A DNA stretch of 56,265 bases from IMG/VR virus record IMGVR_UViG_3300036857_000084, positions 1 to 56,265 of that record. One strand, written 5' to 3'. The notes under the pieces were generated by a model. The model had not been told where the DNA came from, did not search any database, and was given only the letters and a program-made list of their open reading frames with translations. Positions 43,662 to 51,938 of this stretch are shown here, one piece after another. Every line of letters starts with the position of its first letter. Position 1 is the stretch's first letter. Origin of the DNA: a virus. Lineage: Duplodnaviria > Caudoviricetes. Made by a program: the position numbers and the translations under genes.

Positions 43662-43985
43662 ATGGCAAGGAAGTTGAAGAGTACCTTCAATCCCTACTGG
43701 TTGGTTAGCGGGGGTGAGAAGGACGGCATCCAGGTGGCGAGCTATTTCCACGATGACCGCTATCTGGAGATTCAGGTCCTGAACTGTGACGCCAGGTTCA
43801 ACCCCTGGACCATCACGGTGACCGATCTGATCGACGGTCGGTCCATCACGTTGCGCGGCGACGGGCAGAAGAAGCTGACTGCGCTCGCCTTGGAGCAGGT
43901 CAAGGAGCCCATCTTCTGCCGGCACAACCGGCTGGACGCGACCTGCCCCATCTGCTCCAGGAAGGTGAATCAGGAGGCAGCGTGA
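43662..43985 (+). CDS. Hypothetical protein
   Basis: GAGGAG RBS; CRH.....CPIC tail. Confidence 0.6.
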   Translation: MARKLKSTFNPYWLVSGGEKDGIQVASYFHDDRYLEIQVLNCDARFNPWTITVTDLIDGRSITLRGDGQKKLTALALEQVKEPIFCRHNRLDATCPICSRKVNQEAA

Positions 43986-44173
43986 GCTGGCAGGACTACA
44001 AGCTGTTCTACGACAAGCGGCGACAGCCGCCGAATGGCAGCCTCTCTGCGTGGGTAAGAGGCCCGCGTGGAGGGGCGCAGTTCGTGGGTTACTTCACCCC
44101 GGACGAACTCGACCAGCTTGCGTTGGAAGCTGCTAGGGCAGCCGAGCGGGAGCGCATCGAACAGGAGGGATGA
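43982..44173 (+). CDS. Hypothetical protein
   Basis: AGGAGG RBS; RGPRGG motif. Confidence 0.6.
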   Translation: MSWQDYKLFYDKRRQPPNGSLSAWVRGPRGGAQFVGYFTPDELDQLALEAARAAERERIEQEG

Positions 44174-44694
44174 TGAAGAAGGGCGACCGGTTCACTAGCG
44201 CTGCGGGAGAGATCACCGTACTGCGAGTGGGTCGGTCGCGGGACTGGGCAGATATCCGCGTCGAGCAGGAATCGCTGATCTCGCCCGTAGTGTGGACAAA
44301 GAGACAACCCCTTGTGAACGGACAGTTCACATTCCAAGCAAGAAAGGTATCGATGAGTAGGATCATTTTGTCAAAGTGGGACAACGGGGACCAGCGAGTA
44401 GTGGTCGGATGGGACCACCCCGCTGGCGGCGCGTACTGGCAGGAGTTCAACAAGGAGCCGGACCCTGACCCGGAGACTGGCGAGCGGGACTGGCCCGAGG
44501 ACTGGGAGGAGATGATTCGGTTCGGCGGCTACGTCGAGGGCATCTCTCTGGACGCCTTCCGCAACTCTGTGCCCGAGGACATGCGACCAATGATCACAGA
44601 CGAGGTCATGGCATTGCTCGCGGAGCACGCCAAGGACCCTGACTCGGGCTACCGGCGCCAAGCCATCGATCTGAGCGGAGGACTGGATGACTGA
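44170..44694 (+). CDS. Hypothetical protein (possible internal start at 44353)
   Basis: VVVGWD.P....Y.Q motif; internal AAAGG RBS. Confidence 0.58.
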   Translation: MMKKGDRFTSAAGEITVLRVGRSRDWADIRVEQESLISPVVWTKRQPLVNGQFTFQARKVSMSRIILSKWDNGDQRVVVGWDHPAGGAYWQEFNKEPDPDPETGERDWPEDWEEMIRFGGYVEGISLDAFRNSVPEDMRPMITDEVMALLAEHAKDPDSGYRRQAIDLSGGLDD

Positions 44695-44902
44695 TCACGT
44701 CCTCGATGGGATGGCAGACGAACTGCGTAACGTTCTGCGTCAGCGCGGGCTCGACCCCAAGAACCCGCCGGTGGGGCAAGGCATCCCGACGCCGCCAGCA
44801 GAGGCAGCGTTCCAGGAGTACACCCGCCGTGGCGGGAACCAGTTCCAAAACGCCGACCGCATGGTCAGCGCTCTGATCACGAAGGTCCAGAACGGTCGTT
44901 GA
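44687..44902 (+). CDS. Hypothetical protein
   Basis: GGAGG RBS. Confidence 0.55.
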   Translation: MTDHVLDGMADELRNVLRQRGLDPKNPPVGQGIPTPPAEAAFQEYTRRGGNQFQNADRMVSALITKVQNGR

Positions 44903-45207
44903 TCCTCTATTACGACAAAGACGGGAAGGGCATCGATCACCACGAGTGGTCGATGCACTTCCATGATCTGTCGTATAAGCATGTCCGAGTTACTGCTATT
45001 GACGATGATGTTGAAATCTCGACCGTCTGGGTCGGAATCGACCAGGGCTTTGGCATGGGTGGACCACCGCTGATCTTCGAGACCATGATCTTTGGAGGTG
45101 ACCTCGACGGCTACCAATGGCGCTGGCCGACGCTCGAAGCGGCAGAGGCCGGACATGATCAGGCAATCGCTCTTGTTCAAGAACATATGGAGGTTGATAA
45201 TGGCTGA
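44899..45207 (+). CDS. Conserved phage hypothetical protein
   Basis: ISTVW.G.D......PPLIFETMIFGG..D.YQ.R..T...A.AGH, a motif I recognise from phage proteins. Confidence 0.68.
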   Translation: MILYYDKDGKGIDHHEWSMHFHDLSYKHVRVTAIDDDVEISTVWVGIDQGFGMGGPPLIFETMIFGGDLDGYQWRWPTLEAAEAGHDQAIALVQEHMEVDNG

Positions 45208-45373
45208 CCTATGCCCCGATTGTGGGCATGCCCTACCAAACTCGGTGCCTGTGAATTACTGCAACAACTGCGGGCACCCAATCAATGATCAGCCCGTCGA
45301 GCGCCGGGACCGGACCGACGAGGCCATTGAGGCACGTGAGGCGCTACGTCGCCGCATGGAGGGAAACCAATGA
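45200..45373 (+). CDS. Zn-ribbon protein
   Basis: CPDC...CNNC; GGAGG RBS. Confidence 0.6.
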   Translation: MADLCPDCGHALPNSVPVNYCNNCGHPINDQPVERRDRTDEAIEAREALRRRMEGNQ

Positions 45374-45497
45374 ATGTCTGCAGGGACGGTTGGATCTCAG
45401 CCGCGTCGGGGCACGGCACGTGCTCGCACCACGGCGGTGTCGCTCACAAGCTGCCGAACATCCTCGTGCTGCTCGTACTTGTCAAGGTGCTTGCGCG

Positions 45498-45752
45498 ATG
45501 AACGTCCACTATTTGGAAGAGTGCGTTCAGGAGATGGAGGCATTCCTCGACGCCTGCTACGCCGGAGAGCCCACGAGTGGAACGCTCATTGTCGATGGTA
45601 CGGCTTTCAGCCCCTCGCTACGTGCGCTCCCGGGTGCGGCTGAGGTCTGGGAGTTTGGCAATGACGAGGACTGGGAGCTGTTTGCGAACCGCGCCGACGA
45701 CAAGACGGAACAAGTGGGCTTCGCCTGGGAGGAGGGGATGCTGCGTGCTTGA
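45498..45752 (+). CDS. Acidic hypothetical protein
   Basis: ORF overlapping the next start. Confidence 0.5.
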   Translation: MNVHYLEECVQEMEAFLDACYAGEPTSGTLIVDGTAFSPSLRALPGAAEVWEFGNDEDWELFANRADDKTEQVGFAWEEGMLRA

Positions 45753-46644
45753 GATCCACTGTAACCGGCGCTTGTTTCTGGATGTGATGCGATTGTCTCC
45801 TGAGATGCGGGCCGAACTTGAGCGCGATGCGGCCGCGTTCGGATTTGTCGGGGGACTGGATGGCCTTCCAAGGCCCCTTGCGGGTGAAGCGCTTCGGATG
45901 AATGACGAGCTACTCCAGCTTCTGACGAATGCGCAGATTCAAGCTGCGACGCCAACGAACGATGACTGGACGCGGAAGGTCGCAGCGTACGCATGGCACA
46001 TGCTGCGTGAGCGGATTGATGTCTGGGAAGGCTTCCCACAGATATATGCCGAGTATGACCCCAGCTGGCAGATGAAGATGGAGCATGAAGATTTTGGCGG
46101 CGTGGGCGTGCTCGTCTATGACACTTGGATCAGCCCGTATGAGTTAGAGCGGTACTTCGCCAATGCCTGGCTGCGAGCGGCCGTGTGGGCGAAGTCCGGC
46201 CGCATCGGTCAGCCTCCGAATGTGTCCGGGGACTGGTCTGACAACAAGGGTCATGGGATTGCGAACTTCCGCCAGAATGTGGCCGAAGTTGAGCGTTGGT
46301 ACCAAGTCCAAAAGAGTGAAATCCGCTGGGGCAGCGCGGCAAGTGCGTTCCCGGGAGTGCGAGCCGAGCACTTTGCCTCCGGACCTTGCATCGGGCTGAG
46401 TGCCGCTAGTGATGCGCTGTTCGACTGGCCTGAGTTGCTAATCCGTGTCAACGAGCTGAATACGTTGATGGTTACTGCCAATGTAATGCGCGGATTGAGT
46501 GCTGGGTTCGATGCAAGAATTCGGCGCAAGCTCAGCGGCCGCCTCCTGCGAAAAATGCTCTCGTTTCGCGATGTCTACATGAAACCACACTACGGATTGA
46601 TTGCAGCAATGACCGGATTTCCGCCTGATTTTCTGGGGAGTTGA
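45745..46644 (+). CDS. Hypothetical protein (~299 aa)
   Basis: GGAGG RBS; long ORF with no recognised motif. Confidence 0.62.
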   Translation: MLEIHCNRRLFLDVMRLSPEMRAELERDAAAFGFVGGLDGLPRPLAGEALRMNDELLQLLTNAQIQAATPTNDDWTRKVAAYAWHMLRERIDVWEGFPQIYAEYDPSWQMKMEHEDFGGVGVLVYDTWISPYELERYFANAWLRAAVWAKSGRIGQPPNVSGDWSDNKGHGIANFRQNVAEVERWYQVQKSEIRWGSAASAFPGVRAEHFASGPCIGLSAASDALFDWPELLIRVNELNTLMVTANVMRGLSAGFDARIRRKLSGRLLRKMLSFRDVYMKPHYGLIAAMTGFPPDFLGS

Positions 46645-47380
46645 GGGGGTTGATGGTATGTTTTCCTCTCCCCCGCGCGCGGCCGTTACGCGCACGGACG
46701 GAGAGGAGAGAGGAAGTACAGAGGAGAGAAATTGAGAGAGAGTGATCATACTAGGTACTACTCTTTCACTCGCTTTTTTTCGAGCTACTCGGGGTGCTTT
46801 CCCGTCCGTCCGTACGCGCGAGACAAGAGGATGGTGGTGGGAAATCGGGCCGGAATCCACACCGCAAACACGTCACGATTCGGCCGAAATTGTGGAGAAC
46901 TGGCCATGATTTCTGGTGTGACGAGGCATGAGGGAGACTGGATGGCTTTTTCATTTTGTGACGAGGTGACACTAACTGTGTTCCGGTGTGACATCGCACC
47001 GGTCGAAGGTGGTATGACACACCCACATCCGGTGTGATGGTCCACCCTCATCCGGATGATTGATGCTCTGGCAGTGGGTGCAACACTACACTGGATGTCG
47101 GTAAATGTCGCGCGCGTCTAGCAATCTAGTAGATCATATGACCGCATTCCAGAGTGTGCCTACCGTTCGGCGTGGAATTCACGCCGTTGGCCCGTTCGTC
47201 GACAATTTCCTACCGCTGAACGTGAGTTTCCTACCGCTCGGCGCTGATATGCTACCGTTCGGCCGTTTTGGGGTACAAATGTACCCTCCTGCTCCACCCG
47301 GTTTGCGCCGATAATAAGGGCGTAGGGCAGGGACAAGCCCCGCCCGCTGAAGCCCCTAAGGGGCAGACTGGAGAATTACC
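46645..47380. other. Long non-coding control region (candidate origin or genome-end region)
   Basis: No credible ORF; lower GC, GA-rich tract, palindromes, phased repeats. Confidence 0.6.
47160..47263 (+). repeat. Iteron-like CTACCG(C/T)TCGGC repeats with 21-bp period
   Basis: Copies at 47160, 47189 (degenerate), 47210, 47231, 47252. Confidence 0.7.
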
Positions 47381-47938
47381 ATGGCTCGTAAGACCACCCC
47401 CGCCGCGCCCGCCGAGACCACGACGCGCACGCGCCGGACCCCCGCCCAGAAGATCACCGACGGCGAGCGCGCCTACCAGATGCGCGAGGCCGGTGAGAAG
47501 TGGGTGCCCATCGGCCAGGCCCTCGGCTACGGCGACAACGGCGGCATCCCCGCCCGCGAGGCGATGTACGCCTACATGGCGGACGCGGGGCTGCTGAAGC
47601 GGATCGATCCGACCGACCACGAGGCCATCGTCAAGGCCAAGCGCGGTGACGTCGGGTGGGCCGCGCTCAGCGCCCAGACCGGCCTCAAGGTCAGCGACCT
47701 CAAGGCCATCGTCCGGAACGCCGACGCCAGCCTCGTCGACAAGACCGACGCGGTCAAGTCCGCGCGCACCTACGGTCGCGATGACCGGGGCGCGGAGGGC
47801 CACGGCGCGGAGCGCGCAGAGGCCGGGCGCTACACGGTCGTCCGCCGCCCGGCGATCGCCCAGGAGGCCGACGCCAAGCGCGGCCTCATCCGCAAGCCCG
47901 CCCGCAAGCGCGCCCCGCGCGCCAAGCGCGCGGCGTAG
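47381..47938 (+). CDS. Basic tandem-HTH-like DNA-binding protein
   Basis: GACTGGAG RBS; extreme GC3; MREAGEKWVPIGQALG and VGWAALSAQTGLKVSDL helices; basic tails. Confidence 0.68.
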   Translation: MARKTTPAAPAETTTRTRRTPAQKITDGERAYQMREAGEKWVPIGQALGYGDNGGIPAREAMYAYMADAGLLKRIDPTDHEAIVKAKRGDVGWAALSAQTGLKVSDLKAIVRNADASLVDKTDAVKSARTYGRDDRGAEGHGAERAEAGRYTVVRRPAIAQEADAKRGLIRKPARKRAPRAKRAA

Positions 47939-47948
47939 TCAGGGCCAC

Positions 47949-47974
47949 GCCCCTCCCGCCACGGCGGGAGGGGC
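47949..47974 (+). terminator. Hairpin terminator or processing site
   Basis: GCCCCTCCCGCC / GGCGGGAGGGGC perfect inverted repeat. Confidence 0.6.
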
Positions 47975-48006
47975 CATTCCTCCCATCCCGACCTGAAAGG
48001 TAGACA

Positions 48007-48366
48007 ATGCTGAAGTTGACTCTGACCCTCATGGCCCTCGCCTCCGGCGCGTGGGGCCTCGCCTTCACGGAGGTGGCCGCCGCTAGCCCGACGGTCTGCT
48101 GGAGTGAGGCGCACCCCGGGTGGACCGAACGGCTGTGCGGTACTCCCGCCCAGCGCGCGGTCGCTCCCAGCGTCACCCCATGCGGGGCTGAGGACGGCCG
48201 CACGTGGACGTGGAGCCGATGCGGCGACGGACGCCGTGGCGTCGTGACCATGTGGGGTACGCCCAAGGTCGTCACGTGCGGCGGCCTCCGGTGGCTAGTC
48301 CGCCACGGCGACCTAGACCCCCACACGCCGTGGCTCCGGGGTGACCGCTCATGCGGACGCTCCTGA
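48007..48366 (+). CDS. Secreted Cys-rich protein
   Basis: N-terminal signal peptide; 6 Cys; AAAGGT RBS. Confidence 0.62.
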   Translation: MLKLTLTLMALASGAWGLAFTEVAAASPTVCWSEAHPGWTERLCGTPAQRAVAPSVTPCGAEDGRTWTWSRCGDGRRGVVTMWGTPKVVTCGGLRWLVRHGDLDPHTPWLRGDRSCGRS

Positions 48367-48446
48367 ACGTAGTGCGTTGGGTGGTCGTGGGCGTCCTCGC
48401 CTACTGGCTCATCCAGCTGGCCGTGATGAACCTGTTCGCAGTGTAA
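48351..48446 (+). CDS. Small TM peptide (MRTLLNVVRWVVVGVLAYWLIQLAVMNLFAV)
   Basis: Hand-translated hydrophobic ORF. Confidence 0.45.
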   Translation: MRTLLNVVRWVVVGVLAYWLIQLAVMNLFAV

Positions 48447-48578
48447 CATCACTTTGGAAAGCGGGCATTTATGCCCGTTTTTCATGGGCTTTTGGTTTCA
48501 TCATCCTCCGCCATCCGCCACCATCCCCAATCCACCGCTTTCCGGAGCGAACGCACGTTCGAGAGAGCCTTCCCAAAT

Positions 48579-48633
48579 CTTTATGAGAAATTTAGTGCAT
48601 CTTTAGGTTTGCGAGTAAGATACAAAGTACTGT
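48579..48633 (+). promoter_or_regulatory. Promoter P4: CTTTATG/ATTTAGT/CTTTAGG (11-bp phase)...TACTGT
   Basis: CTTTAGG to -10 offset is 27 nt, as in P1-P3. Confidence 0.68.
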
Positions 48634-48659
48634 ACCCAACGCGGGAAGGAGGCATATAC

Positions 48660-49346
48660 ATGAGTCCCGCACCGAGGCGCGGTCGCGCCAAGCCCAAGGA
48701 AGACGCACCGGCGGCCGCAACAACCAGCAAGCGCCGTGGGCGCGCCAGCAAGGCCGCCGACGCGGACACATCAACCAACGGCGAGGGTGACGCCGAGGAC
48801 GCCACCCCAACGCCTGGCCGCGCCAAGTTCACGCCGGAGCAGCGCCTGGAGATGGGCGAGAGAATCGCCGAGATGCGCGACGAAGGCACCCCTTGGCTGG
48901 AGATCGCTGAGGAGCTCGGGCTGAGCGGCGGCGTGCCGGCCCGGCAGATGATGAACGAGTACCTCGCAAGCACGGACCCCGAGTTCAGCCTCGACCCGGA
49001 TGCCGACGACTTCGCCGACACCATCGTCGAACTGCGCGACGAGGGCACGGGCTGGGGCGAGCTTCAGGCCCGGAGCGGGCTGAGCAAGTCCGAGCTGATC
49101 GAGGTGTACACCGAGGCCGGTGGCGAGATGGCTGAGGGCCGCGTCTACCACAACGCCAAGTCCGGCCAGGTCACCCACAAGACCGGCTCCAACCGCGGAG
49201 AGAGCAACGGCGACGCGGAGGATGGCGACGAGGAGCAGGAGGCTCCGGCACCCCGGCGTGGCCGCGGGCGTCGCAGTGCGGCTCAGGAGGAGGCCCCCGC
49301 CACCCCCGCTCGCGGTCGGGGCAGGCGCGCACGCGCCCAGTCGTAG
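48660..49346 (+). CDS. Tandem-HTH-like protein with acidic core and RGR-rich tails (paralog of 47381)
   Basis: AAGGAGG RBS; MRDEGTPWLEIAEELG and LRDEGTGWGELQARSGLSKSEL. Confidence 0.7.
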   Translation: MSPAPRRGRAKPKEDAPAAATTSKRRGRASKAADADTSTNGEGDAEDATPTPGRAKFTPEQRLEMGERIAEMRDEGTPWLEIAEELGLSGGVPARQMMNEYLASTDPEFSLDPDADDFADTIVELRDEGTGWGELQARSGLSKSELIEVYTEAGGEMAEGRVYHNAKSGQVTHKTGSNRGESNGDAEDGDEEQEAPAPRRGRGRRSAAQEEAPATPARGRGRRARAQS

Positions 49347-49358
49347 CAACGGCAACGT

Positions 49359-49384
49359 GCTAGGGGGCTGCAAAGCCCCCTAGC
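49359..49384 (+). terminator. GNRA-capped hairpin
   Basis: 11-bp perfect stem, GCAA loop. Confidence 0.55.
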
Positions 49385-49453
49385 TCCAAACCTGGGACTG
49401 ATCACCCCCAGGAGCCCTGCTCCCTCCCACTCACCCCGGGACGGCCAGGGCGG

Positions 49454-49483
49454 CAGAGGCCCCCTCACGGGGGCCTTTGTTTT
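49454..49483 (+). terminator. Rho-independent terminator
   Basis: AGGCCCCC-TCAC-GGGGGCCT followed by TTGTTTT. Confidence 0.78.
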
Positions 49484-49598
49484 GCCCAAAGCGCGCAAAA
49501 TCCCGGCCCATCCAGACATCCAAAAACATGTCGCGCGACCGAGCTATGCGCCTACGTACGCGCGCGGGAATAGAGGCATCACACCGGAAAGAAGTTAC

Positions 49599-49627
49599 TT
49601 GACTTACCACACCGCTTCCGGTAGGCT
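49599..49627 (+). promoter_or_regulatory. SigA-type promoter TTGACT-17-TAGGCT, probably leaderless
   Basis: Near-consensus -35/-10; ATG is 7 nt after the -10; no SD. Confidence 0.7.
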
Positions 49628-49633
49628 ACGCCC

Positions 49634-50062
49634 ATGCCGAAGGGCGATCTGGAGCGCTTGCAACGGGACCCTCAAGCGGACCCCATCACGCAGCTGCTCT
49701 ACGCAACCCTTCACACCCGTGCTGCGCTCGACCGACTCGATCACGCGATCGACCAGGGCTTCCAAATCCCCGATCACCCGGATGACCCGGACCAGCTGTT
49801 CTACTCCCCATCCGGCAAGGCTCTGTTCGAGTACCAGGCTCAGCTCCGCGAGCAGCTTCACCGTATCGCCAAATCCTACGTCGCGCTGGGCATCGAGGAA
49901 AGGCAGATCAAGCAGATTGAGGATTGGAGCAACGTGCTGCTGCCACTGTTCACGGCGCTCATGGAAGACCCCAATCTGCGGCTCACCCGGCGGCAGCGCA
50001 GGGAACTCCCTGCCGCCGCCGAGCGAGCACTCGCGGTCCTGGAGGCACCCAAGGCAGCATAG
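49634..50062 (+). CDS. terS: Terminase small subunit (putative)
   Basis: Precedes TerL; K..VALGIEERQI motif like actinophage TerS. Confidence 0.68.
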   Translation: MPKGDLERLQRDPQADPITQLLYATLHTRAALDRLDHAIDQGFQIPDHPDDPDQLFYSPSGKALFEYQAQLREQLHRIAKSYVALGIEERQIKQIEDWSNVLLPLFTALMEDPNLRLTRRQRRELPAAAERALAVLEAPKAA

Positions 50063-50078
50063 CAGCACGCAGCGCACA

Positions 50079-51680
50079 ATGACCCTCTCTCGTAACAGCA
50101 TCGCTCCCCGCGCGCCATCAGGCCTCGGCGCGAGCATTCGCCGCAGCATGGAAGAGCGGCGCGCGAGCCATCGGTGGGTCCGCAATCCTGTCGGGTGGAC
50201 GATCAACCGTGCTCGTGCCCACCCGTACTCCAAGCAGCGCGAGATCATGAACGCGGTCGTGCGTCACCGTCGTGTGTCTGTCCGCTCCGCACACGATACC
50301 GGGAAATCATGGTCCGCGGCTGACCTGACGGCGTGGTGGTTGGACGTCCACCCCATTGGCTCGGCCTTCGTGGTTACGACGGCCCCCACCGCGCCGCAGG
50401 TCGAGGTCATCCTCTGGAGGGAGATCCAGCGCGTCAAGAACAGGGCCAACCTCCCCGGCCGCATCACGTCCGGCAACATTCCCAAGTGGAAGACAACCTC
50501 CGACGAGATCATCGCCTACGGGCGCAAGCCCGCCGACCTGAAGTCCCAGGACGAGGCGTCCCAGGCCTTCCAGGGCATCCACGCTCGTTACATCCTCGTG
50601 ATCTTGGACGAGGCTTGCGGCATCCCTGAGTGGCTCTGGAACGCCGTCGAGACCATCGCCACCAACCGCTATGCGCGGGTGCTCGCCATCGGCAACCCCG
50701 ATGTGCCCGACACACCCTTCGCCAAGACGCACCAGCCACACTCCGACTGGCACAAGATCAAGATCAGCGCCTTCGACACGCCCGCCTACACGGGCGAGGA
50801 TGTGCCGGAGAGCCTGCTTCTTGACCTGGTCTCCCCGGATTGGGTCGAGGCGCGCGCCAAGGACTGGGGCGTGGAATCCCCTCTGTACTGCAGCAAGGTC
50901 GGGGCTGAATTCCCAGAGGTTAGTGAAGAAACGCTCATCCACCCGCGCCTCATCATGGAGGCGCAACTCAGGGACCTCAGCGGCACCGCCCTCCAGATCC
51001 CTGGCTCGTTTGGTCTGGACGTGGCGCGGTTCGGGCGCAACGAGACTGCTTGCTACCGCAATCGTGGCGGCTACCTACGGCACGAGTTCAGCTACGCCAA
51101 GCAGGACACGATGGTGACGGCCGGTCGAGCCATTCGCGTGCTCAATCAGGTGAAAGCCAGCCTCGCCGGTGTTTATATGGTGATCGACACCATCGGCGTC
51201 GGTGGTGGTGTCTTCGATCGAATGCGCGAGCAGAACTTCCCGGTCATCCCCTTCGTCGCATCGGAAAGCCCATCCACACCTACGGCCAAAAAGCGGTTCG
51301 TCAATCGTCGTGCCGAACAGTGGTGGGCCTTCCGCAAGCAGTTCGAGGCTGGGATCATCGACTTGCCGCCGGATGGCGAAGACAATAAGCTCATCGCCCA
51401 ACTCGGCAGTATCAAATACTTCATCCGCAGCGATGGCCGCATCCTTGTCGAGAGCAAGGAGGACATGGAGGCGCGCGGGCTTCCATCTCCAGACCGTGCC
51501 GACGCCGCAATGATGGCATGTGTGCGGCCGCTACCGCAGGCGGGCGAGTTCACGATTCCGGACGCATCGGCCGACTGGACCCTGACACAGCTGGGAGCCA
51601 ACGCGGGCTTCCTGACCGTCGGCAGCGATGAGATCCTCAAGAGCCTGACGGGCGACTTGCTAGCCGGGAGCAAGTGGTGA
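50079..51680 (+). CDS. terL: Terminase large subunit
   Basis: SAHDTGKS Walker A, TAPT..Q, FQGIH..ILDEA.G, IGNP, GLDVARFG, SPDRADA. Confidence 0.95.
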   Translation: MTLSRNSIAPRAPSGLGASIRRSMEERRASHRWVRNPVGWTINRARAHPYSKQREIMNAVVRHRRVSVRSAHDTGKSWSAADLTAWWLDVHPIGSAFVVTTAPTAPQVEVILWREIQRVKNRANLPGRITSGNIPKWKTTSDEIIAYGRKPADLKSQDEASQAFQGIHARYILVILDEACGIPEWLWNAVETIATNRYARVLAIGNPDVPDTPFAKTHQPHSDWHKIKISAFDTPAYTGEDVPESLLLDLVSPDWVEARAKDWGVESPLYCSKVGAEFPEVSEETLIHPRLIMEAQLRDLSGTALQIPGSFGLDVARFGRNETACYRNRGGYLRHEFSYAKQDTMVTAGRAIRVLNQVKASLAGVYMVIDTIGVGGGVFDRMREQNFPVIPFVASESPSTPTAKKRFVNRRAEQWWAFRKQFEAGIIDLPPDGEDNKLIAQLGSIKYFIRSDGRILVESKEDMEARGLPSPDRADAAMMACVRPLPQAGEFTIPDASADWTLTQLGANAGFLTVGSDEILKSLTGDLLAGSKW

Positions 51681-51683
51681 CTA

Positions 51684-51938
51684 GTGGACTGGGAAGCGAT
51701 TGGCGCATTCCTGTCCGGCGCTGGGGCTGTACTGGGCGCTGGAGTTGGTATCCGCGCGCTAGTCAAACGACTCGACAAGCAATGCGATCTGCGGCTGGAT
51801 GCCTACAAGGAAGGGTTGGCGCACGGTGAGGCTACCGGTCCTCATCATCGCGATGTCCCTGATCCTGGCGGGCGGCGCGGGGTTCCTGACGGCTCAGGCA
51901 CTCAGCCAGAACGAGCCGACCAAGACCGTGACGATTGA
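51684..51938 (+). CDS. Membrane protein (lysis cassette)
   Basis: N-terminal TM helix; lies upstream of the endolysin. Confidence 0.55.
   Translation: MDWEAIGAFLSGAGAVLGAGVGIRALVKRLDKQCDLRLDAYKEGLAHGEATGPHHRDVPDPGGRRGVPDGSGTQPERADQDRDD

Noticed and set aside
47160-47263. CRISPR mini-array
   Set aside because: A 21-bp period leaves ~9-nt spacers, far too short, and there are no cas genes
49482-50078. 200-aa N-terminal extension of TerL in the ORF track
   Set aside because: It overlaps the promoter and terS in another frame and is S/R/P-rich shadow sequence
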